Origin: Neoechinorhynchus agilis
Lineage: Eukaryota > Animalia > Acanthocephala
Assembly: GCA_051530055.1 (NCBI GenBank)
Contig: CM121342.1
Location: 15,081,480-15,145,479, forward strand
DNA: 64,000 nucleotides
Direction of reading: 5' to 3'
Below the pieces are notes generated by a model. That model did no database searches and was not told the DNA's origin. It worked only from the letters and a program-made list of their open reading frames with translations. Below are positions 25,099 through 38,580 of this stretch, piece by piece. Numbering within the stretch: position 1 is the stretch's first letter; each line of letters opens with the position of its first letter. Made by a program: the position numbers and the translations under genes.

Positions 25099-26720
25099 TT
25101 AGGCGTTGTTCTGGAGGCCTTCCTCTGGAATAAAAACTAGGCCTGAAATAGCCCAAGAGCACCATATTACTTTGCATATCTTGGCGCTAAGCCCAATACG
25201 AGCGGCACGTCTCGCCTTAACTCTGACTGTCTGTAAAAGTTTTTTCATCTTGTGTATATCGGAGGCGGGCGAGAGGTTATTAGTGAAAGTATAACCTAAA
25301 ATATCAAGCTTCTTATAAGCAGGGTCGAAATCTAACCCACAAAAATCCTTGATATAATCCCGGATGTTCTTCTTACCCACTCGAGATTTAGATTTTATTA
25401 AAAATTTCGCCTTCTTTTGATTCAAAGAGAGACCCATTTGAGGTAGGTGGGATTTTAGAAAGTTCAGCACGGCAGCCAGTTTCGCACGTGCTCTCAAATA
25501 ATTTAACTCTTTGATAACTACAGTAAGGTCATCGGCGTACATAGTGACGCTACGACAAATCGTGCAATTTTTAATCAAAAATTGAGTTGCCAAGCCAAAA
25601 AGTATGGGTGATAAAGGTGAGCCTTGAGGAACCCCTTTGGATTGATAGAATATAGACCTTGATGGGTCATCTTCAAAGAAAAATCGTTTACATTTCAGGA
25701 TGTTGTTCACCCTAGCAATTATATTAAAAGGAAAACAAAAAAATCTTAAAATATTCACCATAAAAGCAATGTCAATATTATCAAAAGCTTTAGAAATATC
25801 GAAAGAGATAAGAATGTTTGTTGACTTGGGGTGACTAAAAAGGTTATCTATTATTTGAGCAATTTCAGTATGAACAGGTTTCCCTGGGAGGAAACCATGA
25901 CAGCGCTCATCAATAAGGTGATGTTTAAAAGAAAAATCCATTATAATTTTGGCCAGAACTCGCTCGTATATGGAAACAAACGAATTCTGAATGGAGATAG
26001 GTCTCACATCACTAGGTGAAGAAACAACCCTACCTTTTTTTACAGAGAAATATTCTTTTCGCTATGTTTATCTGAGACCATTTATCAGAAGACGCTGCCA
26101 CCATGTGATCAGCTAAGGAAGTGATATTTGCTTGATTGAGAACGTTGGTGGCTTTGAAACAGGGGGAAGAACCATTGTTCGATGTAAGATTTCTTGAACC
26201 CCACCAAATGATAAAATCATTCCAACGTAAATCAAAACGACGAGGCTTAATTTGAATAAAATTATTGAAGACCGGGACATTACTTGCTCCATTGCAATGT
26301 TCAATGCAAAGAGCGCGAATAACATTGTCGCATCCCGAAGTTTTAACCCAACTCGCTGCGGCCCTTTTCCAGGGACAAAATCTTTTTGATGCAACGACAT
26401 GCCACCAAGGAGAGGAATAAGGCATAAAGTGGCTACTTCGCTTACTGTCGCAAGCTATTTGAAATCGAGTTCTACAGGGCCAGTATAAAGAGGACCAAAA
26501 CTTAATCGACTCCCGATCATCGATTGCCTTAGCCATAAAAAGTTGTCTGTCATACAGAGAAAGTACTTTTGGTTTCTGCATTTTCGACCCGATACTTCTC
26601 GTGGCCGTTGTTAAAATCGAGTCACTAGCTGTGACCACAAATTCATTTAAGTCCTTTAGCTGATCAAAAGCGCCAAAAGTGAAAGCCAAATTTATGGCAT
26701 TCCTTTTTAACTGGTCGGAG
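25099..26720 (-). mobile_element. Divergent APE-RT LINE, copy B (5'-truncated, different subfamily)
   Basis: RPISIQNS, CHGFLPGK, FDISKAFD, GVPQGSPLSP, YADDL, ILGYTF. Confidence 0.85.
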
Positions 26721-26754
26721 ATTATACCTATTTTTCAACGATGCTCCCAAATCT

Positions 26755-26801
26755 CCATATCGGCGCTGGCCAAAATGCTAGCCGCATTGCCCCGCTGCAC
26801 C
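26755..26801 (-). mobile_element. Tiny CRE 3' fragment
   Basis: Translates VQRGNAASILAS, the CRE C-terminal motif. Confidence 0.6.
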
Positions 26802-26935
26802 AAGATGCATTTCTATCCTTAGACTAAATTGGCTTAATTTTCGTTCAGATAAGTCATCATAATGCAATAAGATGCATTTCTATCCTTAGACTAAATTGGC
26901 TTAATTTTCGTTCAGATAAGTCATCATAATGCAAT
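26802..26935. repeat. Perfect 67-bp tandem duplication
   Basis: 26802-26868 is identical to 26869-26935. Confidence 0.93.
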
Positions 26936-27080
26936 TTTAAGATGTCGATTGTGAATTCGAACTAAAAATGGCACAAAACTCTGTCTGAATCGTACTTGTG
27001 AAACTGAGTTGATTTCGCTTCTTATGAGGCGCATTGACACGCTTACTTTCTAATAAATTTTTTCTTTCAAATTGAAAAAA

Positions 27081-27797
27081 TCAACGGTTTGACTTGGCAA
27101 CACGCTCAAGTTCATCCTTCTTTTTAATGGCATAAGAATTCGACGATCCTTTGGACGCATTGATGAGTTCATCTGCCAAACATTCAGCAATCGTCTTTAT
27201 ATTGCGGAACGACGCCTCGCGAGCTCCAGTGCATAACAAATAAAGAGCCTGGTTGACTCTACGAAGTGGGCTAACGTCAACGGCTTGTCTTCGTACGGTT
27301 CCGGCACGTCCAACACGAGTGGAATCTTCGCAAGGTCCACTGTTGACGACAGCTTGGATGAGTACTTGAATCGGGTTTTCTCCGGTTAATAAATGAATAA
27401 TTTCAAATGAATGTTTCACAATTCTTATAGCCATCATCTTTTTACCCGCATTCCGACCATGGAACATCAAGGAACAAACGAGGCGTTCAACGATTGGACA
27501 CTTTACTTTCCGAAACCTCTTTTGTTGGTACCGTCCGCAATTGTGCGGTAAAAGCTTAGCATACGGACCAGAAACACTGATGTAGTCACTCAAAGACATA
27601 TCGCTAACTGTTAGATTATCCGTTCTCCACTTGTTGAACAATTTGACATTCATGTTAGGATTGACGAGTTCACTTTCAGCCAAACCCGTGCCCTGAGCTT
27701 CCAATCCGGGTTCAGTCTGCTCAACTTCATAATAAAGCTGCTCAGGATCCCCCTCCTGTTGAGGAATTTCAGCGGCCATGCCCCAATGATCAGTCAT
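27081..27797 (-). CDS. RPS5: 40S ribosomal protein S5 (uS7), intronless CDS
   Basis: [40 protein letters not shown]-like [26 protein letters not shown]. Confidence 0.98.
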   Translation of the reverse strand: MTDHWGMAAEIPQQEGDPEQLYYEVEQTEPGLEAQGTGLAESELVNPNMNVKLFNKWRTDNLTVSDMSLSDYISVSGPYAKLLPHNCGRYQQKRFRKVKCPIVERLVCSLMFHGRNAGKKMMAIRIVKHSFEIIHLLTGENPIQVLIQAVVNSGPCEDSTRVGRAGTVRRQAVDVSPLRRVNQALYLLCTGAREASFRNIKTIAECLADELINASKGSSNSYAIKKKDELERVAKSNR

Positions 27798-28512
27798 TAT
27801 CTAGAAAAATGGGATAAAAAAGACGTGAGGCTTTGTTGGAAGAGAGTACGTTATTTTCAACACTTTCTTTCGTTCCGTCGTTTTAGATAAAACGTAGGAA
27901 TGTCGTCATAATTGACTAAGTGACGTCGCTTTCAAAAAATAGAAGCTGTCCAAGGGCGACGTTTGCTCGCAAGTGATATCGCCCACTCTATAAAATGAAC
28001 GTAAAGCTTGTATTTTTCTCCGAAAACCGACGTACATGATCAAATATATTTTAAAATTATTTTTCTTTATTTCACCTGACCGAAGTAAGATGTCATTATT
28101 AAGTTTCTTTCATCTTGGATTCGGAATTTGGACGTCCCTTCATCGGCTTTTTAATTTTCTTTCTAAGCAATCACTTCTCTAATGTAAGAAGAGATTGGTG
28201 TGGATTCATTCCAAGAAAAACTAAGAAGTTGACGAAGGGACGTCCTAAATCTGGATCAATAAAAATGGCTTGCCATCTTAGCGATGGCACTCTTTATTAT
28301 TAAATGCAGCGGGAATTTTTGTTGCGTTTTTTAAAAGACGATTGCATCGGTGGTAGCATTTATTCCACTTTTGTCCAACGATTTCAATTATGTGAAAGTC
28401 TCAGACCTTCGCAAGTGACAAAGGAGTTTGTTAATTTGTGCCGATAATGTTTTCACAGGCGAATTAATATGACGGTGGAAACAAGAGAGGAAACTTTATA
28501 GAGCACAAAAAC

Positions 28513-30993
28513 TTGGAATTATCATCGTTTTATCATGACAAAACTTTTTCTTGTTTCCAGCCGCATGATTGTCCAAGTTTTGTTTTCCAAATAGACCCTC
28601 TCTCATCAACGTCCTCTCTCGTCAGCGCCTCACTCAAGAAGTCAATGAACAGTGAACGAGAATCGGCGAAGTATTCCGCTCTTATTGATGTTGCACTAAA
28701 GAAATGCGTTGAACGAGTTACTGAAACTCTAAAGGACTCATTAATTGAGGCGATGAGCACAGTTAAGGATATATTAAAGGAGGCTATTCAATGCGAAAAA
28801 GAAGCTCTCAAAAGTGAACAGTTGGTCGATGTCAAAAAGTGCAAAGGAAAAAGCTAACGGTTCAAAGAGGCAGGCAAAGGTTTCCAAGGGGAATTCTGAG
28901 AAACAAGCTAATGGTTAACAGAAGTCGGATAGTGAAGCATCCACAAAGAAGAATACGGTTTTGGTAGATGCCATCACTATGCCAAACCCAAACGAGGATT
29001 CGTTGGAAACGAGTGGTGCTCAAAAAACTGCGAATGTTTCTACAATTACTACACCCTTAGGGGATATTCAGCTTGTAGTACTTAATGATTTTAAAATTAC
29101 TGTGGAGGAGTATGATATTGTGATTTGGATAAAAGGTAACGATAGGAAAAACGAAAGCAATTCACCTTCAGTAATAATAACACGTTTATTGAAAATACAA
29201 AAAAAGGTTAGGAGGACCCATGTACCTTTGGGTCCTCGTCAGTTAAATTGGGAATATCCAGTCGAGGGATGTCCATTCGAGTGGTAGTATCTGGTCGGAG
29301 GGGTGCCTATTCGGTTCGGAACTATCCAGTCGGGGACGGTTCGTTCGGGTGAGAATATGTCCGTTCGATTGAGAATATCCTGTTGGGTTGGAAGATCCAT
29401 TGTGGTGGGAATTGGAGTTTATTGCTTGCAGGAGCGCTTATAAGGTTGGTCTTTAAAGCCACGGTTGAGCAAAAGGTCGGCCACAAGATCTAAACGAGTA
29501 GGATCAAGAGAAAACGGAGGAGCAAATAACTATAAGGATATGAGGTCGATAACAATACCATCACGATCAATCAACCCTCTGTTTCATTTCTGTCATGGTA
29601 CTCCTTCTCCCCCTTGCCCAACATCCCCCGCCGCTCTGAATTCGACCCATCGTGTCATGCAATCCTCCCTCGAGGATATAAATCGTATAATTTTTTATTA
29701 CTAGCCCCTGTTACAGATCCTGTCGCCTCCGATGTCCACCACCGCCACCAAATTCTTACTATCGGTCAACTCCTTTTCCCCGACATTCACTCCACTTTTC
29801 CTCTCCCATCAACTGTTATGCGCATATTCTCCAGAAATCCCTTTAATTCGCATCTAAGTCTTCTCAAAGTAACTTTTATTTTACCACTCGTAGCCTCCCT
29901 CTTTCTTAACAGGAGACACAGACCGCTCACTTCACAACTTTCTTTTCTTATGTATCCGCATAGAAACTCATCACCAAATCTTTCCACCACCCCTCCAAGC
30001 TCAACCCTAACCTCATCTTCCTAAATTAATCCTTTACTTTTTGCGACCACCCTCGATCATCTTACACATCCAAAAACTCGAAGAGTAGGCGACTCCCCAG
30101 CTTCTTTGACAACGTGCAACTCCACCGGCGCCCGAAAAATCATAAAGGTCAATATCCCAGCCTTTTCACGTTAAACACTCTTTCTCCCAAAACAAGTAAT
30201 TATCTCTCAACCTCTACTCTGATCCACATAAAGTCTCAACTCTAAACTCGTTTCTATCATTGCCAATCACTCACCCCAACACAAATTTTCCATTTGCTAT
30301 CGGGCTTTTCTCTTTGGAATAATCAATCGTTCTGGATCGGCAACCTATAATAATAACACGTTTATTTGCTAATTAACAAAGAAAAGGATGAACGTGATCA
30401 TAACATCTACAATTTTATAAAATTGTTCAACTCTAATATTCGTACATTCCACTCTGACAACGCAAATGACCTTCCTTGGCTATGTCGTCCCTAATCTCAA
30501 TCATAAGAAATTCCCTAACTTCGACAATTCCCAAGAAATTCATTAGAATCTCCAACCGCGACCCACCATGGATAACCCCCACCTTGTAACTTCTTCAGTA
30601 CTAAAGTATCTCAAGAAATTACCTCGAAATTCGCCCTCTCGGTGCGAAATCCCAAACTGGACTCTTCGCTACAACATCCCCGAACTCATCGATCCTCTTA
30701 CCCACATTATAAATCACAGCTTTTTATATAGCATCCACCCCTCGTGCCTGAAAACTGCTAGCGATCCTTCTCAAAAAAACATACGATTTCCACCGAATCA
30801 TTTCGACCAATGTCCATTCTACCCGCTCTTTCAAAAATCATCAAAAAATGTTTTAAAACACGCCTTCCACTTCTCAACAACAAATTATCGACCCTACAAT
30901 TCGGCTTCCGGTCCAAATATTCTGCAACTGAAGAAATACTCTGATTTCATTTCACACTCCTACGTAACCTCGGCAATAATCTCTCTAACGTAG
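28513..30993 (+). mobile_element. Degraded L2/CR1-like LINE
   Basis: 30568-30993 matches the pre-RT region of the 4211-8142 LINE (IPNW...IPELIDPL.HI.N.SF). The upstream coiled-coil ORF and the segment shared with 10090-10600 are probably its 5' part. Confidence 0.65.
29245..29410. repeat. Array of short imperfect repeats (foldback/MULE-like arm)
   Basis: Recurring motifs such as gaatatccagtcg, gatgtccattcg, tatgtccgttcg. Confidence 0.5.
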
Positions 30994-31080
30994 AAATTTT
31001 TACAGCTATCGATTCGACTTAATTTTTTAAGAGCGTCAATAGATATCGAAGGTCATTGTAAAGAAATTATTCATTATAGT

Positions 31081-31298
31081 TTCAGTTTAAATTAGCGATG
31101 TTCTATTCAGAAAAAATAGATTTATCTTGAAAATTTTCGGTTTTTCCTTGGCCTTCTTCAGTCAATTGCTTGTAAGTTTTTAAAGCACCACTAACACATT
31201 TAAAAACTTAAAGCAATTGACTGAAGAAGGCCAACGAAAAGGCCGAAAATTTTCAAGATAATTTTTTTCTGAATCAAACATCGCTAATTGAAACTGAA
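31081..31298. repeat. Palindromic element with hammerhead-like cores
   Basis: ~95-bp inverted arms. The right arm carries CTGAAGA-A-GGCC-AACGAAAA-GGCC-GAAA at 31221-31248. Confidence 0.88.
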
Positions 31299-31614
31299 GA
31301 TATTGAAGGTTTTATTTTACGTTCACGTAAAAGAAACACCACTACTTGGCTATCATTTATTAACCATTAAAGACACAGTGTGAGAATCCCATACTCGTGA
31401 TTATTGGTAGAATATTGCAACGAAGACTTTGGCACATCTTAATCTAAAACATTTTGTATCGACACCTTGCTACAAGTTTTTTAGAAAACTGTTTTGCTTT
31501 TGTTTGAGCTCTGCTGACAAACAAAGTTGAGTTTCGCAAGAGTATATTACTACGCGATACTGTATTGCTCGTCGACAAGTCTCATAGCGATTTCGGCGAT
31601 AGAACTCGAACACA

Positions 31615-34600
31615 ATGATCAGCTTCAAAGTTCAGGATATACCAAATATTGCATCTGGAAGCAATATTCTTGCAAAACTTTATTTTGCGTTTGTAACTAT
31701 TCCTAAAATAGTCTATAAGCTGAAACATTTCTTAGGTATATCGCACCAATCTTTTTTCACACTCATAGACCTCTCCACGAAACGGACGTTTCTGGATTAC
31801 CTGAGAAAAGAAGTCTCTCAAACTGGCAGGGAAATTGAACGGTATTGAAAAAATTTCTGCGTAGATAATTTTTATTTATAATAGGAGATGGAAAAATCAA
31901 CTTTCTTCAAAAAGGCGAAGTCTTACACGAATATTCATCTGCGTATTTCTGAAACAAATCACACTTTCGACGTTCCTTAATGTATTGGAGGTAAGCATTT
32001 CCGAGCGCGTTTCATACCGTATAACTTAAAATTAATAAATTCTGATGGCACGTTGTTGGCCCTTTTAAAAGTTTTTTACAAGTCGTTGCAGTGGCAGTAC
32101 TGAACCACAGTTAGCTACTATGTTTTAGTAACGAAAATCGTTTTTGGAGACTTTTTGTCTATTTGTGGCATGTGCACGTGTCTGCATTCCATTTTAAGAA
32201 TAAATTGTTCATCCCCGTTTCAACGCCGTAGTCAAAAATAGTGGATGAATTCTTTAATTAAGCTCTTGGTTTTTAATGTCGTTACCCTTAGAAGGTCGAG
32301 TAAGGACTTAAAAGCTCTTTTAAATTCAGAAATTTGTTCTTCCAATTTATTTCATGTCTCCGGAAACAGGCCATATTTCTTATCGCGATGAACCCTATAT
32401 TCGGTCGAATCCTCCAATATATAAAAGGAGAAATCACAGACAATCGTGCATGGATCTTCTTGGCATCTCAAATTTTATTATATCACGCAAGTTCACTTGC
32501 GAGTTGTTGGTCGTTGTATGAATCACTATGTCTTGGCTTCGAAGCAAGAGCGGCTTTTACGAGATTAGTGTATGCAAAGGTCAGAAATTTTGAGAATGAT
32601 AGAAATTGTCTAATTCCTCACCTACACATTGTAGTGCTTGAAGCTTTCTCTTCATCAATGTGATCGAATCGAATCGGGATATCTTAGCAGTCTCATAAGT
32701 ACTGATAGTTACTCGTTTAACATGTTTGCACAATTCAGTGTTCGAGTTCTTGGAAGCATTTTGAAATTTATTATGGTATTTACATTTTGCTATCTTTACA
32801 TTGACACGTTCGCTGCAATCGCGATATGCGTTTATCTCATTGCCTTTGCACTTACACCTGTCTATATGATTGGCCTACGACTAATTAGGTTAGCCAATAA
32901 GTGCATAAGACCGGCTTTAAATTCTTTTGCAGGAAACGCATTAACAAACAAGTCGATACGAGACTTCGCAATCTCACCATATATTGCCGCTTCGTTCAGA
33001 CCCTCAAAATGTGCTGCTTGGATACAGTTATTTATGAAGTTATATGTCGCTTAAATAAGAAGGAAACGTTTTTCTGTGCACTGAAAAATCTTGTGGAAGC
33101 GAACTCTTGCATATTCCCGCCTTTACTTCACTCATTTATCACACTGACGTATATTGTGACAAGTTTCAAAACCAGCGGAAACCTGCCAAGTTGAGTAAAG
33201 GTGTTTCAATTGATGGCAGTATCTCCCGTTTTGCGACTTACAATCGGAAGTGATGTAATTATATTTTTTACTCGCTTTTCGGAAGTGAAACTCTCCCTTG
33301 AGAGGCTGCAGGTATAGTTTGTTTATTCAGATAAAAAGCATTTTCATTCTAATTCAGAAACTAGTTGAGGATGTTGATCTGAATTGCGATCGTCTGAATC
33401 GTCAACCGGAAAACACAAAGAATGATTCGCATTATGCCATAGAATTATCGTCTTTAAGTTCATCGTGGGACAATGATGTATATACCTTACTCCCCTTTAT
33501 TCCTTTAAATCCTTAATTTTATTTAAGCTTCTTCTATCAATATAAGAAATACTTCTTTACAGATTGAAAGGGGAACTTTGACTTACATTATCGGACCGTC
33601 CAAATCTGGAAAAACGTCTCTGCTTTACTCAATATTGAACGAGTTGCGAATCGTAAGCGGCAATGTCATCATCCACGGAAGCGTCTCCATCAGCACTCAA
33701 ACCCCGTGGCTGTTTCCTGGCACAATTCGACAGAATATAATATTCACTGCGATACCGAATGTTGAGCGGTATAAGGCTGTTGCTTATGCCTGTTGCTTAA
33801 TTGAGGTTTTTTAATTTTTTATTACGAACACTACAATAAATTGCTTTTCTGTTCAGGATTTAAATGCTTTGCCTCAAAAAGATCTCACGATGATTGGTGA
33901 TGGAGGAAGTGGTTTAAGCGGTGGACAAAAAGCGAGAGTTTCATTGGCCAGGGCGATTTACCGAGACGTAGACGTGTATCTTCTTGATGATCCCTTGACT
34001 GCAGTTGATTATAAAACAAGGACACATATTTTAAAGCAGTTAGTATTTGCCTTAAATAAATCCAAAAGGAGTTCAATTGAACTCTATGTAGTTGCATTCG
34101 AAATTTCCTAAAAGACAAAACCGTATTATACTGCGCCTCCAAGGTCCTGGATGCCGGTCGTGCCGCCACGGTCGTAACTCTGAAGGACGTAAGTTAGCCT
34201 ATGATTTCTCGAAAGCATTCAAATCGATTTCTTAGGGTTCGATTGACTTAATGGACGAACAAAGTGCTTCAAATTATGACGACGATTCTGATTCGCCGCG
34301 TACTCAGCAAGATTCTGACTTCGAACTAATAACTCTGGACAAAGTTGCTCGACGATACTCGATGTGTTCACAGCATGAAATTTCCGAAGTTGGCGGATTT
34401 GTCCTAAAGCCAAGAACGGTGGATGCCGTGGGCTGGATTAAACTTTTGGGAAAACCATTTACACCGAACAAAATTGGAACCGCTGTTATCCCTTTTTAAT
34501 TCTGTTTTGGGAGACTTTCTATTTAGGTTCGCTCATTTTGAAAAGATTTGTTCCTTATTTGTTTTTATAGGTTACCTCCTCGGATTTGTAATCTGTGCTG

Positions 34601-36845
34601 GATTGGTTCTATTTATCATCATCACCATGATTGGCTACGATACATTTTACGCTCATTCAAGGAGCTTGGCAAGAGTGATGGGATCGTATTCGTTTATATT
34701 CGAGAAAGTACTGCGAGGTTTTTTTTGAAGTATTTTGAGCGATAAGATTATGTTCTTTAAAAAGGTATTACGTTCAATCGATTGTCGTTCGATATCGGCG
34801 TTATGCAGAATTTTGTGCCAATTTCAACTTATCAGATAGTACAGGTATAGTACAAATTTTATTAAACCCAATTTCGGCCGTTTATTACTTTAAATTATTT
34901 AAGCAAACGATAAAACATATTTTCTTTAGCGTAAAAGCATTTTTTGTGGGCAAAATGATTGTAGGTAATTAATGAGGCAATTTTATTATTTGTACATCCG
35001 GGATGAGAGCGCGAATCAGCCATATTGACTTCCTATTGCCTTTACCTCCTTTTTAATTCAAACGGAATCTTCCAAATATTTACTTCAATTTCAGCAAAAT
35101 CTAGTTTTTGTGAAATGACAACATTTTATTTTAGGATGGCTCACTAATCTTTGCACTAATGATCTACATTTGCTGCATCTGTCCTGTAGCGGTCACATTC
35201 GTACTACCGGCGATTTTAGCTATGGCTTTCCTGGTATACCACCAAATAAATCTAATGGCCGCAGGATATCAAATGGAATCTGACAGTAAGACTCCCGTTT
35301 GACAATGCAACGCCCATCTTGAATCATTTATCTTGTAGCGCGAACAAACATACTAACCCATTTGATAGCAACCCACCAAGGTCTCGTATCCGTTCGAGCA
35401 TCTAAAGCTAAAGATGAAATGATATCGGAGTTCGAGTACACAATTGGTTTGAGATTGCTTCGATAAATGAGAATCTTTTTGATATAATCGTTTTAGATAC
35501 AAACAATCAACTGCGATACACGCTTACTTTGCTTGATCGCATAGCTCAATTCACTGTTGATTTCGTTATTCTCTTAGTCATGCTGGTGACTACGATTGTT
35601 TTCTTGTACTTCTACAATGGTTAGCTAATTGCAAGCAATTAAAAATTCCGAGTAACGAAAAATCGTAAAAGGAACCACTGAGGTCGGACAACTGGCAGTA
35701 ACATATACAATAGTAGTAGCTGAAATCGCCCGATTGTTTATCCAACAGGCTCAAATAAGTATTAATCACGTTCGTAAAAGCATTGCTTCGACAAGAAATA
35801 ATGTTCGCTATGATTGATAGTTGCTGTCGGCTGCTGGAGTTTTCGATCTTTATGATACTGTTCAAGAACCGAACACCGGATCATGGGATGAAATAGAAAA
35901 ACCTCCTTATGTTGATAATTCAATAGAATTCATCAACGCCCATTTCAAGTATTTTAAGGATCTTCCCTTTGTTCTAAATTGCCTCGATCTAAGGATTGTG
36001 CCCAGATCCAAGGTTATTGTGCGCTAAAGCATTTTCTTGGTATTTTAAACACTGTAAGCAAATAGGTTGCTATTGTTGGACTAACTGGAGCAGGAAAGAG
36101 CACCATATTCGGTGCCATATTTAGATTGGGAATTGTAGAAGGAAAGATTATCGTTGGCGGTATTGACACTGAATCAATGAATCTCAATCAACTAAGACGC
36201 AGTATTTCACTCCTTCCACAGGTAGGATAGATTTTTCACAATACAAACTAAATTGAGCTATTTTTAGGAAGCGGTATTGATGAAGACCAGCATTCGGCTT
36301 AATTTGGATCCCTTTCAAGAAAAGTCAGACACTGAGATTTGGGATGTTCTTCAGAAGGTGCGTGTGGTTCTTTTTTACTTTTAAATGCAAGTATAAACTT
36401 ACAGGTTGGACTGGATAATCGAATTCGGCAATTGAGCATTCAAGATTCAACGAACAAACTCGATTACGTATGCGAAGGCGAATCGGAATTCGGAATAAAC
36501 GAGCGGCAGTTATTGTGGTTGGCGAAGATACTACTAGAAAAGAAATCAATTGTTCTGATTGACGAGGCCAGTTCCAAAGTCGACCAGCAAACACAGATTC
36601 AGATTCAAGAGATTATAAGTAGGGAGTTGACGGAATGCACGGTCATCAGTATAATGCACAAGCTCGAAGATGCAATCTACAGCGATGTAGTTATGCTTGT
36701 GAAAGATGGGGATGTGGTCGAGAGTGGAAAGCCATCAGAGTTGTTGGCGAACGAAAACTCGATCTTCTATCAGATGGCGACGAGTACTGGTGGCAAATAT
36801 TCTGAGACTACAGAGATGGATCATGTCGAATATATTGAGTTTTAG
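31615..36845 (+). CDS. ABCC (MRP4-like) ABC transporter, multi-exon
   Basis: TMD1, NBD1 (GPSKSGKT, LSGGQKARVSLARA, LLDDP), TMD2, NBD2 (GLTGAGKST, LIDEA). Short GT-AG introns (e.g. 31736-31768, 31842-31884). The TGA at 33192 needs a 30-nt intron, and the 34730-35135 region was not fully resolved. Confidence 0.88.
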
Positions 36846-37269
36846 AAATGCGAAGAGGGTTAAAGAAATTGAGCACGGCGCTTCCTACTTTTAAAAGAAC
36901 GAAGGTAGTTAAATTTAGAGATACCGCGATAACCTTGAAAAGTTTATTCGTTTTTTGTCTTTTTATGGAAGATACAATGCTGAAGGAGTTATGTCCTATT
37001 TTGCTTTTACTGCATATTCGCTGACTCAATGTTGAGTGAACTGGAATAATGAAATTCGCTGGTATTCTTGTAAGGCGCCGCAATCAACTTGTGGGTCATA
37101 TCAATGAACATCTACGTTTTAGACGATTACTATCTCCCGCTTGGAGCAGCACCAATCAAGAAAAGTCAAAATAGAATCTGATGGAAAAGATAGTGGCGAT
37201 GATTCTGAAATGGAAACTATGCCAATTCTGCAGATTTCCATTTGGGTTAACTAATGCTTTGACCATCTT

Positions 37270-37730
37270 CTAACGTTCCCGTTTGCCCATCATCCCGGCC
37301 GCTCTGAATTCGACCCATCCTATCATGCACTCCTCCCTCAAGGATATAAATCACACCATTTTTTTGTGGTATGCCGGAAGCCCCTGTTACAGATCCTGTC
37401 GCCGCTGATGCACACAACCGCCACCAAATCCTTCGAATCGGTCAACTCCTTTTCCCCGACATTCACTCCACTTTTCCTCTCCTATCAACTGTTATGCGCA
37501 TTCTCTCCAAAAATCCCTTTAACCCGCATCTAAGTCTTCTCAAAGTAATTTTTAATTCACCACTCGTGAAGTGAGAAGTCTGTGTCTCCTGTCAAAAAAG
37601 AGGGAACCAAAATTTCTTTCACATACCGCTCCCTTTTCCCACGAGCACAACATTCGTAGTCCCAATACGTTTCACCCTCCCTCGCACCTTACTATACCTA
37701 CGCTCTTTTTTCATGCTGCCCAATCCTTTC
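37270..37730 (+). mobile_element. Fragment of the degraded LINE family
   Basis: 37270-37565 closely matches 29600-29890. Confidence 0.7.
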
Positions 37731-38404
37731 GGATATCATAATCTAAAATGAACCTGAGGAAAGATTAACCTTACGAGAGCTGCTGCAAACAATATCAGCC
37801 AATTCCCACATGAACGGACATAACAATACCTGATGTTCCCACTAGAACAAACATCCCAGGATAGGACATTTCCATCCGAACGGACACAAAAAAACCCAGA
37901 ATATCTGCGTGTTTATGAGGACCCAAAGGTACATGGGTCTAATCTCTTAAATGCAAACATCTATCAAACGTGTTATTATTATAAACTAGAAAATCTTTAT
38001 TCCTGCGCTTTCGCTGTCTTACGTCTTCCTAAGGAATCTACAAAGGCGCTCGGAGATCTTAATTGAGTTGAAGTAGCGACATTGAAGTATAAAAAGTTGG
38101 CCCCACCTATTGAGCGATTCCAGGGACGAAGTACCGCACTGATGATCCGGAGGGATGTACAAACTCTTTACCATACTTTTTAGGATCTTAGTGACTCAAT
38201 CACTTCCTTGACCCAGATCTGTGGGTTGTGTGATCAAAGGAAATTAATCAGCCGTGTAAGGGATGTTCACTTCAACACTTAATAAAATAGTAACCGGCTA
38301 GCCAGACTTAAAAGATAAGATAAAGTTCATGTAGATGACAAAAATATATCCGGATAATTGAAGTTCGGTTAATCGACGTTCCACTGTATATAGTTCTTTT
38401 ATTA

Positions 38405-38580
38405 CTTTTTTACAGCGAATTGTAATAATTGATTTATTTGATGATTTTCGGCCTTCGCGTAGGCCTTCTTCAGTCTATTGCTTGTAGGTTTTTAAATATG
38501 TGAGCTGGTGTCCAAAAAAGGTCTACGCGAAGGCCGAAAATCATGAAATAAATCAATTATTATAATTTGATATAAAAAAG
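38405..38580. repeat. Palindromic element, subfamily 2
   Basis: Inverted arms. The left arm (minus strand) reads CTGAAGA-A-GGCC-TACGCGAA-GGCC-GAAA; the right arm lacks the CTGAAGA box. Confidence 0.85.

Noticed and set aside
27660-27797. Acidic N-terminal extension of RPS5 as a novelty
   Set aside because: The uS7 N-terminus is known to vary in length among eukaryotes.
29245-29410. CRISPR-like array
   Set aside because: The repeats are short, variable and lack unique spacers of regular length, and the context is eukaryotic.
33192-33194. Alternative genetic code or TGA readthrough
   Set aside because: RPS5 ends in TGA, long host ORFs contain no internal TGA, and this stop can be spliced out.
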